Source: Podarcis cretensis (Eukaryota). From it: a stretch of DNA of 64,000 nucleotides. The notes beneath the pieces were generated by a model that saw nothing but the letters and a program-made list of their open reading frames with translations, did not search any database and was not told the origin of the DNA. Shown one piece after another: positions 11,501 through 24,544 of the stretch (positions are counted from its first letter, which is position 1; each line of letters begins with the position of its first letter). Location: assembly GCA_951804945.1 (NCBI GenBank), contig OX638159.1, positions 39,618,001-39,682,000 of the forward strand. Direction: 5' to 3'. Position numbers and translations under genes: made by a program.

Positions 11501-14500
11501 TCTAGAAGCCCGTTATTATTTTAGAAACTCTGCACCTTTGGTACTAATGGAAGTTGTGCAGATGGCATGTTTGTTTGCTTTTCTTGCTTGGATAACACAT
11601 GCACTTTTGTTAAATCAAACATTTTTGTGACGTTAAAGAGAGAGAGAGAAATAAATATTGCAAGTTATCAAGATAGGCCCAGTCTGTCCTTATTTAGCCA
11701 TAGAGAGGAATGATTGTCCAGCTCTCGCTGCCTGTCGGAAAGAGTTGACAATGTAGGAGTACATGAATGTGGTTGGTCTCTGATTGGTATAGAAGCAAGC
11801 CTAATTCAAACTATGGGTTCTCCAGCTGACTTGATTAGTTTGTTATAAATTTCAGTCCTCAGTCCAGATGACACAACAAGCCAAGTTTCAGGGAAAATAA
11901 GCCTAAATGCTGCCAAAGTTGTGGGGCAGGAAGGAGGTTTGTGTGAGCCTAAGGATCCCCTCAGGCTTGTTCTAGGTCAGGCTCATAGCATTAAACCATG
12001 GTTTACCATTTCTTGTGAAAGTGGCCAAAGGGTGTAGTTGACTTAGAAACTAGGAAGACATGATACAAACAGCCACACCATTATTTTCCCCATATGAAGT
12101 ACATTTCCAAAGAAATTCTAATCCAAATTGCCTTTTGATGGAGGCTGAGAAAGTTGACTAGTACTTATAAATAACTACTTAAATCTATAAGTACTTATTG
12201 ATGAAGCACGTTCCTGTGGCCAGGTTTGTCAACTGAGTCTAGGTCAATTGGTGTTGACTGAGAGAAGGCAGTGCTTTATTGATCCATTACATGTTATATT
12301 TGCTGATTTGCACAGATTTAGCTGCCAAAATCCACCTCTGATTTCTTTCAAGTTCTTTGGTTTCTGCCATTAATATCCTGCCTTTCTTCTATCATGGCAT
12401 ACATATGGTCACCCTTCCGCAATAGAGGGTTTGATTCTGGTGTTAGTGAATTGTTATTATAAGGCAGCAACCATGGAATGAAGAATTTGTGTTACTCATA
12501 TATATTGGTAAATTAACAAGTGGTTTCCTTTTTAAAAAACAAAACATATTTCTCTACAGTGGCAATTCAGTGTTTGGAGACAGTCTTTAAAATTAATTTG
12601 GAGGATTCCCATCTTGCAGTACCTATACGTTTGACAGAAATGTTTGAAGATTCTTGTCACAAGGTAAGATTGTATTGGAGCAGATATGTTTATAACTTAA
12701 ATAATTTTAACAGGGCACAGTTTTTGTTTTCTTAGACTGTTTTAGTTCTAGCATGTTAGTTGAAGAAAAGGGACTAGTGGTCTGGTTCAGACAATCATAT
12801 CTGCCCTTAATAAGCTAAGAACAAAGAGCCTCACATGCAACTCTTTTTCTACTGCTTTTGCAACACACCTGAATTCAATGAAGAAGCCACCAATGAACCA
12901 TAGTTTGAACAGGAAAACTTGGTGGTCACCATCTTTGGAGCAAGCCAGAATCTAAAACCATGTGTTGAGGCTTACTTAAATTTGTAGTCTTGTTCTATCC
13001 TGTCTTGTTCCAAGGCTGGTAAGTATAGTCTCCTGGTTTGGACAGGAGACTACCATGTTGCATTCAGGCCAGTAAAGGGTAGCAGAACAAACTGCATGTG
13101 CAGGTACAAGGTTCATTCATATTTCATCTTATTAAGCCAAAATAATGATTGTTAAAACACTGGTAATCTCTCAAAAGAGGCTTCAGTAACAAGTAAATAT
13201 ATACATACAGATGAACTAAAAATGAATAAATATGCAGTAGTCACTATCCTGATATGTGTGTGCCAAGTTTTTACTTGAAAGCAAGTGTTTAATTTTAAAA
13301 TAAATTAGACTTTTATATGGGTACAAACGTTCTGAGGGTCAGGTACCTGTTACTGAGTTAACAGCTAGATTACAAATTTCCAGCACCCAGCGTTGAGCTG
13401 CATGCAGGAATCTGCATATTAATTAAACAGGTTTTGCAATATTCACCACTTGTTTTGGGCAGAAGACAGTCACGTGCTCAGATAGATAATCAATGTTGTA
13501 GAGGCTGACTGCATGCAACTGAGTCCAGCATGGATCTCTGCACTTTCACACCCAAGAGCTGAATGTTTTGTTTTAAAACCCAATGCAGTAAATGCAATTC
13601 ATACTTGAATATTCCAGATTACTATATTATTTTGATTGGTGTCTCAGTTCCCTGACGCACTTAAAAATGAGAGTCATATCCTTTATACCAACTGATTTTT
13701 CTTGCCCTTTTTTAGATTATTCATCTGTACCATGCAGAATAAGCTAATATTAGCTTATTAGCCTTCTCATTGCTGATAGGCCCACTCTGGCTAAATTTCC
13801 ATTTAAGACTGGTAATAGAGGTAGCTAAATCTAGATAAGATTATTTAAAAAATGAGATTTACCTTTCTTTAAAATTCATATAGAATGAGATACTGCCTCT
13901 CTCAGATTCTTTGCCAGAGGATCTTGAGAAAGCTGACCAGCTGAAGGATGAAGGTATGTAACTGAGAAGAAGTAAACATACCATTCCATTTTGCCATAGC
14001 TTTCGTAGTTCAGTTGTCGGCCATATTGAAGTATGGTTCATGAATGATGCGCAGCTATTCAGGCTTCTAGCCAACCCTGTTAGTAGAGAACTGTTGCGTA
14101 TTTCATTAGATGCTGTATAATAGAAAGGAATAGTCTGCTGGCTGCTCTGAAGGAAATGAAAAAGCACAGGAACACTTACATTTAGAGCGCAATCCTTATT
14201 TGGAAGTAGGGCTGCAAAGTTAGTGAGCTGGACTCGTTCAATTAAAAACTTCTAAACTACTAAAAAGGTTCCCTCATTTAATTGGGCAGCAGTTAAAATA
14301 TATATTTTAATACAAACTTGTATAAAAAGCTGTGGGTGAGTAGTTCAGTCTTGGAAGAGGCAGTCTCCCTTCTCTCTTACACAGAGAGTGTGTGTCTTCT
14401 GAGATAACTGCTATTAAACAAGGGAGGAATTCAATGTCACACTCTTGAAATTGCTCCGTCAGCGTAATATTTTCAGCTTGCCGGATGGAATAATCCTCCA

Positions 14501-17500
14501 TTCTCCTCCCTCCCCCCCCCACACTGTTCTGGAGGTTCTTCTGACCTCCCTTGGAGCCAAATTTGGGGTGGCCATGGGAGAGAAGCAGGGGGAGAAGCCA
14601 CGCTACACAAGCAGAAGTCCTTGTGCATGGCTTCCACTGAAAGGGCTTGTTAGGTGATTCCTGCCCCCCAAGTGTTTTATTGTCATCATACAAAATAAAA
14701 ATAAATAGAACAAAATACTTATTGCTTCAGAAATATGATTTGTGCCTGTGTGCAAATTTAATTGCCTATCTAATTAGTAGATTAACATTTCTTTAATACA
14801 CTTGCAGCTCTGTTTGGAAGTAATCCCACTGAATTTAGTAAGACTTACTTCCATAAAAATGAGTTAGGTTCCCTGTCTCTGTTGTGTGCTGATTGCAAGC
14901 AACACCTTTAAGGCATGTTCTCCCCCCCCCCCCCCGGAATGCTGGGCATTGTAGTTCGTTAAGGGTTGATGGGAATTGTAACTCTGTGAGGGATAAGCTC
15001 GCAGTGGCGGTGTTGAATCCAGGAGCACTGCCAAACTGCAGGCCTACTCCTTCCAGATGAGTGTGGTATCATCCAGAACAGGCCATCTTCACACCTCCCT
15101 GATGTGATAACTCAGGAAACATACCAACTCAGTTTTTTCAGGATTCAGCTTCATTTTACTGACCTACATAAAGCCCATCACCATCTCTAAGCTCTCACCT
15201 CCACTGCCTCTCCTGATTCAGATGGAACAGAGAGATAGAACAGATATACTGAATAACTGTTAAGTATTTTATATATACTGCAAATCCTTACAGTTGTTAT
15301 CCCGTTCACCCATGCTGTAGGCCTATGAAATAGGTAATAAAAGCTTCCCCCATTTTAGAGATTTGGGGCACGAAGGCTGCAGTTCTGTGATATGTCCAAG
15401 GCCCCCACTCATTTATGACACGGCATCTAAACACAAAGCTTTCAGATACAGTTATGGTACTCTAGCTACCAAACTATACTGACTCGCTTATTCTACCCAG
15501 TTTCCTCCTTGTTTAAAATGACGAAATCTCTTGAATTTCCACAAGCAAAGGTCATATGTTGTGTCATTTTGTATCAAGGAAAATTGCATGGGAAAGGCAT
15601 GCATAGTTCTAGTTGGCATGTGTTATACTGCTGAAAGCAATTTGTTTCTGAAAAGACAGTTGCAAAGGGCAACAGAGTCATAAAAGTGCTTTATGTGGTG
15701 TAGTTTATAACAATCTGTGGCTGTTGTTTAATACATCAGCATTCCAATTATCCACAAAATTTTATTGTTGCAATTTATTTCAGGTAATAATCACATGAAG
15801 GAAGAAAATTATGGTGCTGCGGTGGATTGTTATACTCAGGCTATAGAACTGGATCCAAATAATGCAGTCTATTATTGCAACAGGTAAATAAACTTGGATC
15901 AATGAATTATATCAGTCCTACCATCTGTCTATATATCTACAGTTCCCCAGAACACGGCTGCAAACTCTTGTCCTTGTTTGATCACCAGCATGGTTTCCCC
16001 CCTATAAAAACTCCACTACATTTCCTTAAGTAGTCCAGTTCAGTCCATTGCGAAGTTAGCTTTGTTCAGGTGACTTTGCTGGGGATAGGGTTGCAATTCT
16101 AAATATATTTGCTTGGAATTAAGTTCTGCTGAGATTGATTGGAATTAATTTCCAAGAAAAAATGATTAGGATTGGGCTGCAAATTAGTTGAAATGTTACG
16201 ATGTCAACATTACTGGATTGGGTTGATGAGTGGATGGATAGTCTTATTGTTGATATACACTTTTCTTAGCTGCACTCTTTGTTCTTTTTCTTTTTCACTT
16301 CAGAGCTGCTGCTCAAAGTAAGTTGAGTAACCACAATGAAGCAATAACGGACTGTGAAAGAGCTATAGCAATAGATCCAAAATATAGCAAAGCATATGGA
16401 AGAATGGGGTAAGTAAACCTAACTTGTTTGAACATCAAATTAAAGTGTGTTGTCCTAACACACTTACACATCAGTTATCAAACTCTCGCCACACTTACAG
16501 TATACCCCTGGAATAATTTCTGATCGCTTGGCAACTGTCTATCAGATTTATTTTATTCTACCAGTACATAAACACTGCAGACTCTGTCTAAGAGGAGTCA
16601 ATATAGATGTCATTGAGAATGATACAGCAGCAATAGCAACTATTAATTTTGTTTGGCCTAAAACATTAGATGTATAACTACAGTGCTTATTGCAATAAGA
16701 AACATATTTGAGTTAGATGGTATTGGTTAAGTTGGACCCTCTGTGAAAGAGACAAAGCTGGTGAGATGATACCTTTATTGGGCTACCTAGGACTGCAGAT
16801 GTGCAATTTTGAATTTAGCTGAACCTTTCAACCTTTAGCTGAGCAGCCAAAATTACTAGTACAGTACAGGTAACTTGCATCTTACATGGGGGTTTTGTTC
16901 CTGGCTATTGTGCATGCAAGCAAAACCATGTAAAGCCAGAACGACCCCCTAGAAAGCCATTTTAAAAATCGCTGCACTTACATTTTTCCTAGAACCCTGC
17001 CCCCTTTTAATTTTTTTGTCAAGCTTGAAAAGCTGAATGCACACAAGTTAAATGCAAGTAAGCGGCAGGCTTGCTGTAAATTTCTCATACGACTTTACTT
17101 TTATTTTATACTTTGAAGAATTTTATCATTTATACAAGACATCTGTTTTTGAAAATTGAAGTTAACTTTGCAAGTAGTTTGTCTTGTCTAGAGCACAGAA
17201 TAGTCTGGCACTGGCACTGAATGAGGTACTGCCCCACCAACCTCACCCTGCCCCCATCTGTCTGCCTTCTTACTTACAACCAGTCAGAAGGTGACTCTCT
17301 GCTTGTCATTGGTTCTGGTTTCAGCTACTGTTGGGCTTCCTGCCTCCCGCTCTCTTAGTCTCAATGGACACCAGCCAGTCAGTGTAGGTAACACTCTAGT
17401 TCACTGCTGGGAGTTCCCTGACACCTCAAAGCCAAAATAGACTTATTATGTCTTAAAAGTTTTGTGGACTGGAGTCTACTTCCTTAGAATTTAAGCAGCA

Positions 17501-20404
17501 TTTACATTTTTTTTCATTTAAATGAATGCAAATTAGATCAGAAAATACAAATACTCTTTCATATTGGCTTTTTCACATTGGCTTCCTTTGTTCGTATCAG
17601 ATTGGCTCTGACTTCAATGAACAAATACCAAGAAGCAATTAATAGCTATCGAAAAGCACTGGACCTTGATCCGGAAAATGACTCCTATAAGTCAAATCTG
17701 AAAATAGCTGAACAGAAGTTGAGAGACATGTCCAGTCCTGTAAGTTGGCTTTCAAACTATTTATTCAACTATTGTAATGACTCGGTGCTACTTTGTACAG
17801 GATTGATGCGTATATTTAATTTTCAGACTGGAACTGGATTAAGTTTTGACATGGCAAGCTTGATAAACAATCCTGCCTTCATTAGCATGGTAAGTGCATT
17901 TAAAATTATTTTTTGTGGTTTCCGTTTCATGTCCTCCTTCTGTTTCATGTCTTATTTTGCTCTCCTGAAGAGCAATTTAGAAACCTCAACTCTTCTTACT
18001 CAATGCTGACAAACCCCATGGTAGATTGTCACTGATTCTTTTGTTTTGCTATAATGAATTCTGCTCCCAAGTTTTTGGAATGCATTTCAAAATAGTTTTG
18101 GGGAGGGTCTTATGGCTGCTTAGAAACTGGACCTACATTGTATATCCTGGTAAAATGAGGTTTTCTATGAGCCTCTCAAAACTGAGACCCCGTAAGGTGT
18201 TGGATCCAGAGCTTTTGGAATGGAACTCTGCTAACTGGGTGCTCTCATAGGCAGAAGGGAAGGAGGGAGATGCAGTTTTTGCCAGTTGCCCCCTAAAGCC
18301 CCCCTATGCTACCTGAAAACGTGCTCCAGAATGTTGGAACATCTTCCAGAACAGTGTGGGAGGTGGCTCTTAGAGCCGCAGAGGGCAATGGAAATTGGCA
18401 AAAATTGCTTCGTCCCTTTTCCTCTAGCAGGAGCTTCCTCTGGATCCAGGTCGCTTCTGCAAATTGAGAAAGCCCTTCTGTTTGCAAAACAGCAGGTTTG
18501 GATCGAGCCCAAGGCATTTGCTTGCCAGACAGCTTAGGGCTGGTCAAAGGTTTGACCTCTGTTCACAGTGCTGTGGAATTTCAAGCCTCCTCTTTATTCA
18601 CTGTGCTATGGGCTAAACACTGGCTGCATTACAACTCAATTTCATCTATTTCAGGCAGCAAGTTTAATGCAGAATCCTCAAGTTCAGCAACTGTAAGTAT
18701 GAACTAAGAATGGAGTCTCTGTTGAAAGACATAAGTGAAAAAGTCTTTGGCATACCACAGAGGATATGGTTGGGGGGACGGACGGACTCTGAACTAGAAG
18801 TTTTCACCTCATGGGCACACAATTCTTCCCTTCGCCGCCCCCCCCCCCCCACAGAAGGCACTCCCTAGGGCTAAAAAGTCATTAATCATTTTTCTTGCTA
18901 GTAATAAGCAGCAATTCAGGGATTGCCAAGAGCAAAAACCTGTTAAATATTATGTGTGCTGCAGATAGGTGAAGAAGAGGCTTAAGACCCTAGAATCAAA
19001 ACTGACACTGGGATCTCAGAGACAACATAATACATGAACAGACCTTGAATAGATTAAAGGAGGTGCAGAAGACCAATACTTTATTACCAAATCATACTTT
19101 TATTAGCAAAATATTTTATTGTTATTCGGAAGAATTCAACAGGAATTTCTCAAGCACAGATCCCCATTGCAATGACTCAGAATTGTGCAAGAGAGCAGCT
19201 GTGCCTTCTAAAACTCCCAGTTGCTTTAATTGGAGTTGTGCAAGGGAAAGTTGTGCCAATTGACGTCCTTCCCAGAGCGACAGCTACATTTACTTGTAGC
19301 TTCTTTTTTTTATATAATATGGAAGAGAACACTTGCTAAATATATATATCTCACAAACACACACATACACACATTCTAATGCCTGTATTTCTCCATGTAC
19401 CTAAAATCTTTAGGATGTCGGGAATGATGACAAATGCTATAGGGGGCCCTGCGGCAGGTGTTGGTGGCCTCACTGATCTCTCAAGTCTCATACATGCGTA
19501 AGTGATGTACATACTGCAATTGCAAGTTAATTTTATGAAAATTATTTATTTATGAGGTTCTTTTCATTCATATTAAATTTTATAGACAGCTTGTCCATAG
19601 GAATGATCAAGCAGTATTATGCATGCAAATACGTAAGAAGTATATTAGGACATGAGTACACTAAAACAGTATCGAACAGCATATAAAATTCCTTCATTAT
19701 CAACAATGTCAGCCACAGGAAAAACTAGTTGTTCAGTTCAGTTGATGAAAGCCTGGTTAAATAGAAAAGTCTTCATTGGACGCCTGAAACTGAAAATACG
19801 TGTCCCTTTAATGATTAGTGGTACAGAATTTTGCAAAGCTGGTGTAACCACTCTGAAGGCCCTGTTACTGGTAGTTTAATACCTAACACATGACACCATT
19901 AGCAAGGCCTCATCCACTGAATGTAAAGGTTGGGCAGGGCTTAGGGACCAATGGAATATTGAAAATAGTCTATTTTTAAGTTGTTTTTAAAGGGGGCTGA
20001 CTTAGTAGTTCTTGTTTTCTGTTGCCGTCACTGGTTACAACTTCACATCTATGTTCTGATCCTTCGTTTGAGCATTTGGCCTGTGCTTTCCCTGTCTTTT
20101 CAGCAAAATGAAGAGCAGCTTTCTAAATTTCATGTTTTTCTCAGCTTAGGGCAAATGGGCTGTCTGATTAGTACTTTCTTTCAGTTGTAGAGTTAATTTG
20201 AGCTTTGGCTTCCTGTGTTTTGAGTACAGCACAACAGTGGCTTCCCCTCGTTTACTGATCTTTGTAAAATAAAAACAAAAATTTCTGTACAGAGGGCAGC
20301 AGTTTGCACAGCAGATACAGCAGCAAAACCCAGAACTCATAGAGCAGCTGCGGAACCACGTTCGAAGCAGATCTTTCAGCGGCAGCACTGAAGAGCATTC
20401 CTGA
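8439..20404 (+). CDS. SGTB: Small glutamine-rich TPR-containing co-chaperone beta; 10 coding exons, 304 aa
   Basis: join(8439-8538,12560-12663,13884-13953,15784-15883,16304-16408,17601-17739,17827-17889,18655-18692,19414-19497,20293-20404) = 915 nt, all introns GT-AG. N-terminal dimerisation domain, three TPRs, Q-rich C-terminus. Confidence 0.96.
8820..9165 (+). mobile_element. CR1-type LINE 3' fragment / CR1-tailed SINE
   Basis: ...catagttaaactgtggaactcactcc...ggctttaaaagaggattggacaaat resembles the end of CR1 ORF2 plus 3' UTR. Boundaries approximate. Confidence 0.6.
12560..12663 (+). CDS. SGTB: SGTB coding exon 2
   Basis: [35 protein letters not shown]; ctacag|...|gtaag. Confidence 0.95.
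13884..13953 (+). CDS. SGTB: SGTB coding exon 3
   Basis: [23 protein letters not shown]; tag|...|gtatg. Confidence 0.93.
15784..15883 (+). CDS. SGTB: SGTB coding exon 4 (TPR1)
   Basis: [33 protein letters not shown]; ttcag|...|gtaaa. Confidence 0.95.
16304..16408 (+). CDS. SGTB: SGTB coding exon 5 (TPR2)
   Basis: [35 protein letters not shown]; ttcag|...|gtaag. Confidence 0.95.
16867..17076. mobile_element. Degenerate Tc1/mariner-type MITE
   Basis: TA-flanked, with imperfect TIRs CAGGTAACTTGCATCTTAC ... GTAAGCGGCAGGCTTGCTG. Confidence 0.45.
17601..17739 (+). CDS. SGTB: SGTB coding exon 6 (TPR3)
   Basis: [46 protein letters not shown]; atcag|...|gtaag. Confidence 0.95.
17827..17889 (+). 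CDS. SGTB: SGTB coding exon 7
   Basis: [21 protein letters not shown]; ttcag|...|gtaag. Confidence 0.95.
18655..18692 (+). CDS. SGTB: SGTB coding exon 8
   Basis: [12 protein letters not shown]; ttcag|...|gtaag. Confidence 0.93.
19414..19497 (+). CDS. SGTB: SGTB coding exon 9
   Basis: [27 protein letters not shown]; tttag|...|gtaag. Confidence 0.93.
20293..20404 (+). CDS. SGTB: SGTB last coding exon
   Basis: [36 protein letters not shown] (TGA at 20402-20404). Confidence 0.95.
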
Positions 20405-22825
20405 TTAAAAGCAGCATGTGATAGAACACTGTTTTACTAATTCCAAAAGGCATACTGTAGCTAGTAGCAAATATCACCATTGTAATTCTTCTCAGACATG
20501 AGACTGGAAATCCTTTGTGTGTATTCCTTATCGTCTGTTGAAAACAGATTCATTGCACACAGATGTGAACATATCATGTATGTATATTGATGCCTTTGTA
20601 AATGGACTATAAATAAAACTGGTGACAGATTAAAATCTTTACATATAAGGCAGCATTTTCGTATCAATGCACAAAAGCATGCAATTTTTCGTTCTCTTTT
20701 AAGAGAGTGGATTTTTTGCACTAGGATTGTGCGTTGAAAGAGATCACCCACTTGTGGTGACATAATATTACTTGTGGAGTAATAATGCTTGATAGGCTAG
20801 TCAGTCCTATGTAAAATCTGTATTCAAAATATATTAAATAAGGCAGCCTTTCCTCAAAACTGAAGGGTTGCTGCTGCCCCAGAGACAAGGCTGTGGCAAG
20901 CAAAAACAATTTTGCATGACTAATGTTGCATTTTTTACTTTATAAGCTTATAAAGTGAAGACTGCTTTTTTCCACATTGTGGGTCATTACTGGGGTTTTT
21001 GAAAGGAAGGAGAGCAATAGGCCTGATTGTTGGAGTTGCTTCAGGCTCAGAGGTTGTGGTGGGAGATGGAAAGAGGGTGAGTAAACCTTAAGCTGGGGGA
21101 GAAATAAATGTCTTGTAGGAGTTGGACCAGAAAAATTTAAGCTGTGCAGAATTTACGGGTCTATGCGTAGGTACAGGCAAAGAGGTATAGCATGTAGGCT
21201 GACAAGCAGGGAGTACCTACTAAGTTTTCAAAGGGAGCGTTACTGTGAAATAATTGGAAACATTTCTTATAGGGCAGCTTGGGCTAGATGTAAAAGGGGA
21301 CGCTTGGCCTCCTTCTTTCCTATAGTTGTCTTAATAGACAGGACTTGCACAGCAGCAGTTCCGTGTTGCAATGAATGTATTGAGAGGAGCAAGGAGAAGG
21401 AAATTACGAAAGCCATATTTAAGACTTGTGATTGAGCAATAGGTGATTCTCAGTCTCCTTATCAGTTTGTAATGGATGGATAGTGGGGAGAACTTTAGAA
21501 GCCCTAGCCAGAAAAGGTGCACCAAGGGGTGTTGAGGGAAAAAGCAGTGTAGAATCCAGAACAAAAGATGGGGATGAAAGTTTTCCCAGTAATATGCAGA
21601 AATAGTCTCTCTGGCATACACAGAACCCAAGATTTTACCCTGGAGATAGCTCTGCAAACTTTGATGGAATGACACCATGTTTTCATAATGAGTTGAGTTA
21701 TATGCTCATAGTATCTATTCAATGTAGTTGTCATGTGCCTGTTTACGTAATCTGTGGTTTATGTAACCACGTATTGGTTGCACATTAGAAACTGTCTTAA
21801 GGGAAATCTGACAGCAGAAAGTTAATACAGTATGTATATTGTAGATTATCTGAAGTCAGCTTTTTGTTATCCCCTTTTAGTTCTGCCTTTGTTCTGAATT
21901 TTTATTTGTTGCTGTTGTCTTTATGCCTCTTCCTTCCTGTACGCACCTCCTGTCACTGTATTTTTTTATACGGTAATTCCAACCAAACGTACTTATGCAT
22001 TTCTGCAGAACCAATTTAGAAAGTCTGTAACAGGAGAGACTTTCAGGCTAACAATATATTGCCACATTCGGGAAATAGTTCATTGGAGGATATTCGGAAT
22101 GCTGAGCGGGTGGGAGAGCACCAAGAGTCTGTTGCAGTGCTGTTAACATTTGTCTTTTTTCTCAGCTACTCTCTCTACAAAGCAGCAGTTTTTGACCTTT
22201 GTTTTTCAATATACTTGGTCCCCATTGACCTGTCCTTTTCCGAGTTCTCAAGTACCTTGGGTGTCTGGTTATTGGCATTAGGACAGTGCTTCAAGCATAT
22301 TTTCATTCAGAAGTAGGAATCGCTGCTGAGCAAGTGTAATTAGAATACTGAAAATATGGAATATAAAGCTTGCAGTATAAAGGTACAATGCAAACTACTC
22401 ATTAAATTGCTTTTGTGTAATTAACATTTAAATTAATTAGAAATTGCAGTAGCTATACACTGGTGTCCTGAACTCACTGGGTAGAAATAGTCCAGTGCTG
22501 ATTTAACCAGTCATGATAGCGTTTTCAAAAAGTATGATCAGAGATGCAATCTCCTTCATGGCTACCACCCCATATTTAAGCTGCTGATTAGCACCCGTTC
22601 AGATGTTCAGTGAACTAACCAGATAAGATGTGTTTGAAACAGCAGAAAGTGTTGCATTTATGGCAAACAACTAGCCTTTTCACTGTTAGATCAGGCAGAC
22701 TGTTCTCCAAATAAAAATGCACATTCCAGATAACATTTTAGGTAGCAGCTATTCACACCTGAATCTGTTCTTCAGTTTTCCATAGATGATTCATGGATCA
22801 GTCTTGTGTTGTTTGGAATAAGTTT

Positions 22826-23088
22826 AATAAAAGAACACTTAAAATAAAGAATAGTTTACTGTTTTCCAACATTGTCTGTATAGTTTTTACTTCCCATTTC
22901 TTGTTTCATGAAGAAATTGACTTTATTGTACAAATTGGTTTTAAACTAGGACTGTTTCTAGGGGTTTCTGTCTGCTAATAAAACTAGTTTTCCCTGTCTG
23001 CAGCATTAAGGAAGAAACAGCCTTGCTGTTGAATCCTGCGCCTATAGTTTTCTTTTAAGTGTGTTAAGGGCTGATTTAATACAATAAA
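22826..23088 (+). terminator. Cluster of candidate SGTB polyadenylation signals
   Basis: AATAAA at 22826, 22843, 22977 and 23083. Which one is used cannot be told from sequence. Confidence 0.45.
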
Positions 23089-23733
23089 TCCTCACTGTGT
23101 ATCATTCAAAGACTTATGTTGGCATTCTGGTCAGTTAGCCATATGGAATGCAAACTAAAATATTGCTTCACTGCTAGCAGTGATACTTGTGGGAGACATC
23201 TATATGGAGGGATATGCCAGCAACTACCACTGCAGTGTCTTGCTAGATGTCTCCCACAAGTATCTGGTTTGGTTTTTACTGAAATAATTCAAAACAGGAG
23301 AAACTCTTGACTAATTGATTTGTGCATTTCCTTTTGCACTCAGTCTTTATGGACCCAGAGTCTGGTTGCAGCAATGTAAAAATACAATATTAAAATCAGT
23401 TAAAACTATTTACAATCAAAAGAATTGGGCAGGTGTCAATGGCCGGGTAAAGAGGTACCTTTACAGCATGTGATGAACACTATACAATGAAGGTACCAGC
23501 CGTACTCTTTCCAGTTTCTGTCTGAATCTGAGCTATTTCATCCCTACAGTGCCTTGCAAAGTAGTTGCAGCAGCCTTCAAACTGTACACAGCCTCCAAAG
23601 TTCAAAGACAGCGTGCTTCTAAGTACTAGTTGCTGGGGAGCAAGAGCTCCAGAGAACTCTTGCCTCCAAGTGCCACTAGCACACTTTCCAGAGACATCTG
23701 GTTGTTTACTGTGAATAGAATGCTGGATTACAT

Positions 23734-23859
23734 CAGGGATGGGGAACATGGGACCTGCTATATGTTGTTGGTCTATATTTTGTTGGTCAGCCCAGCTAGC
23801 ATAGCTGTTGGTTGGTGATGATGGGAGTTGTAGTCCAGCAACAGGGTTCCCCATCCCTG
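23734..23859. mobile_element. Short hAT-like MITE
   Basis: Perfect 14-bp TIRs CAGGGATGGGGAAC ... GTTCCCCATCCCTG; degenerate 8-bp TSD (gattacat/gaccagat). A related copy starts near 9929. Confidence 0.65.
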
Positions 23860-23950
23860 GACCAGATGGGTGTTCAGTTTGAATGGCTCTTATGGTCCAA
23901 ATGGCGCTTCACTGACTCTGTACTCAGATCACTCTGGTTCCCCACACTTC

Positions 23951-24236
23951 TTTATTACATGGTGAATTAAATCCCTAATATATGACCACCAAAAACATTT
24001 GTAAAATATGCTGTATTTCTAGATGTAGAAAATCCTGTTTTAATGTAGGGTGCAAGATTGGGAATTAGCCGCTGCTTTTCCTATGAACATCAGCATGCAT
24101 GAAATAGTTTGCAACCTTCCTCAATACAGCTTAAGAGTCATTTATCCAGATACTACATGTCATGTTGCAAGTATCATTAAATGAGTTATGCAAGTAATAA
24201 TTAGGGCAGCTGCATCATTGGACTCAGGGCTTTATT
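23951..24236 (-). terminator. Candidate TRAPPC13 polyadenylation signals
   Basis: Minus-strand AATAAA (tttatt on +) at 24231-24236 and 23951-23956. Confidence 0.4.
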
Positions 24237-24439
24237 TCCAAATAGTTTAAAATACATACGGTTGGCTCTTCACAAATAAACTTTTTTAAAAACATTCCAA
24301 ACATGCCAGATTGAATTGCAAAGGGGCAGTTAAATAAATAAATAAATTCTTTTTTGGATTGCAGATGGTTGTAGTAAATTGCCAGAGGGTTGGGTCCAAA
24401 AACCAAAATAGGAAATATTAAAACGAAAAGGGTTCATTT

Positions 24440-24544
24440 TCAGTTTTCTTTTATTTTGGAAGAAACTACACAGACTTGTGCAATATCATCATACTCGTAC
24501 GTTCTCTTCAGAAAGGTGTCTGTTAATCTTAAGCCAGAGACAGT
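24440..24544 (-). CDS. TRAPPC13: TRAPPC13 exon 13
   Basis: [34 protein letters not shown]. Confidence 0.93.
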   Translation of the reverse strand, partial: TVSGLRLTDTFLKRTYEYDDIAQVCVVSSKIKEN

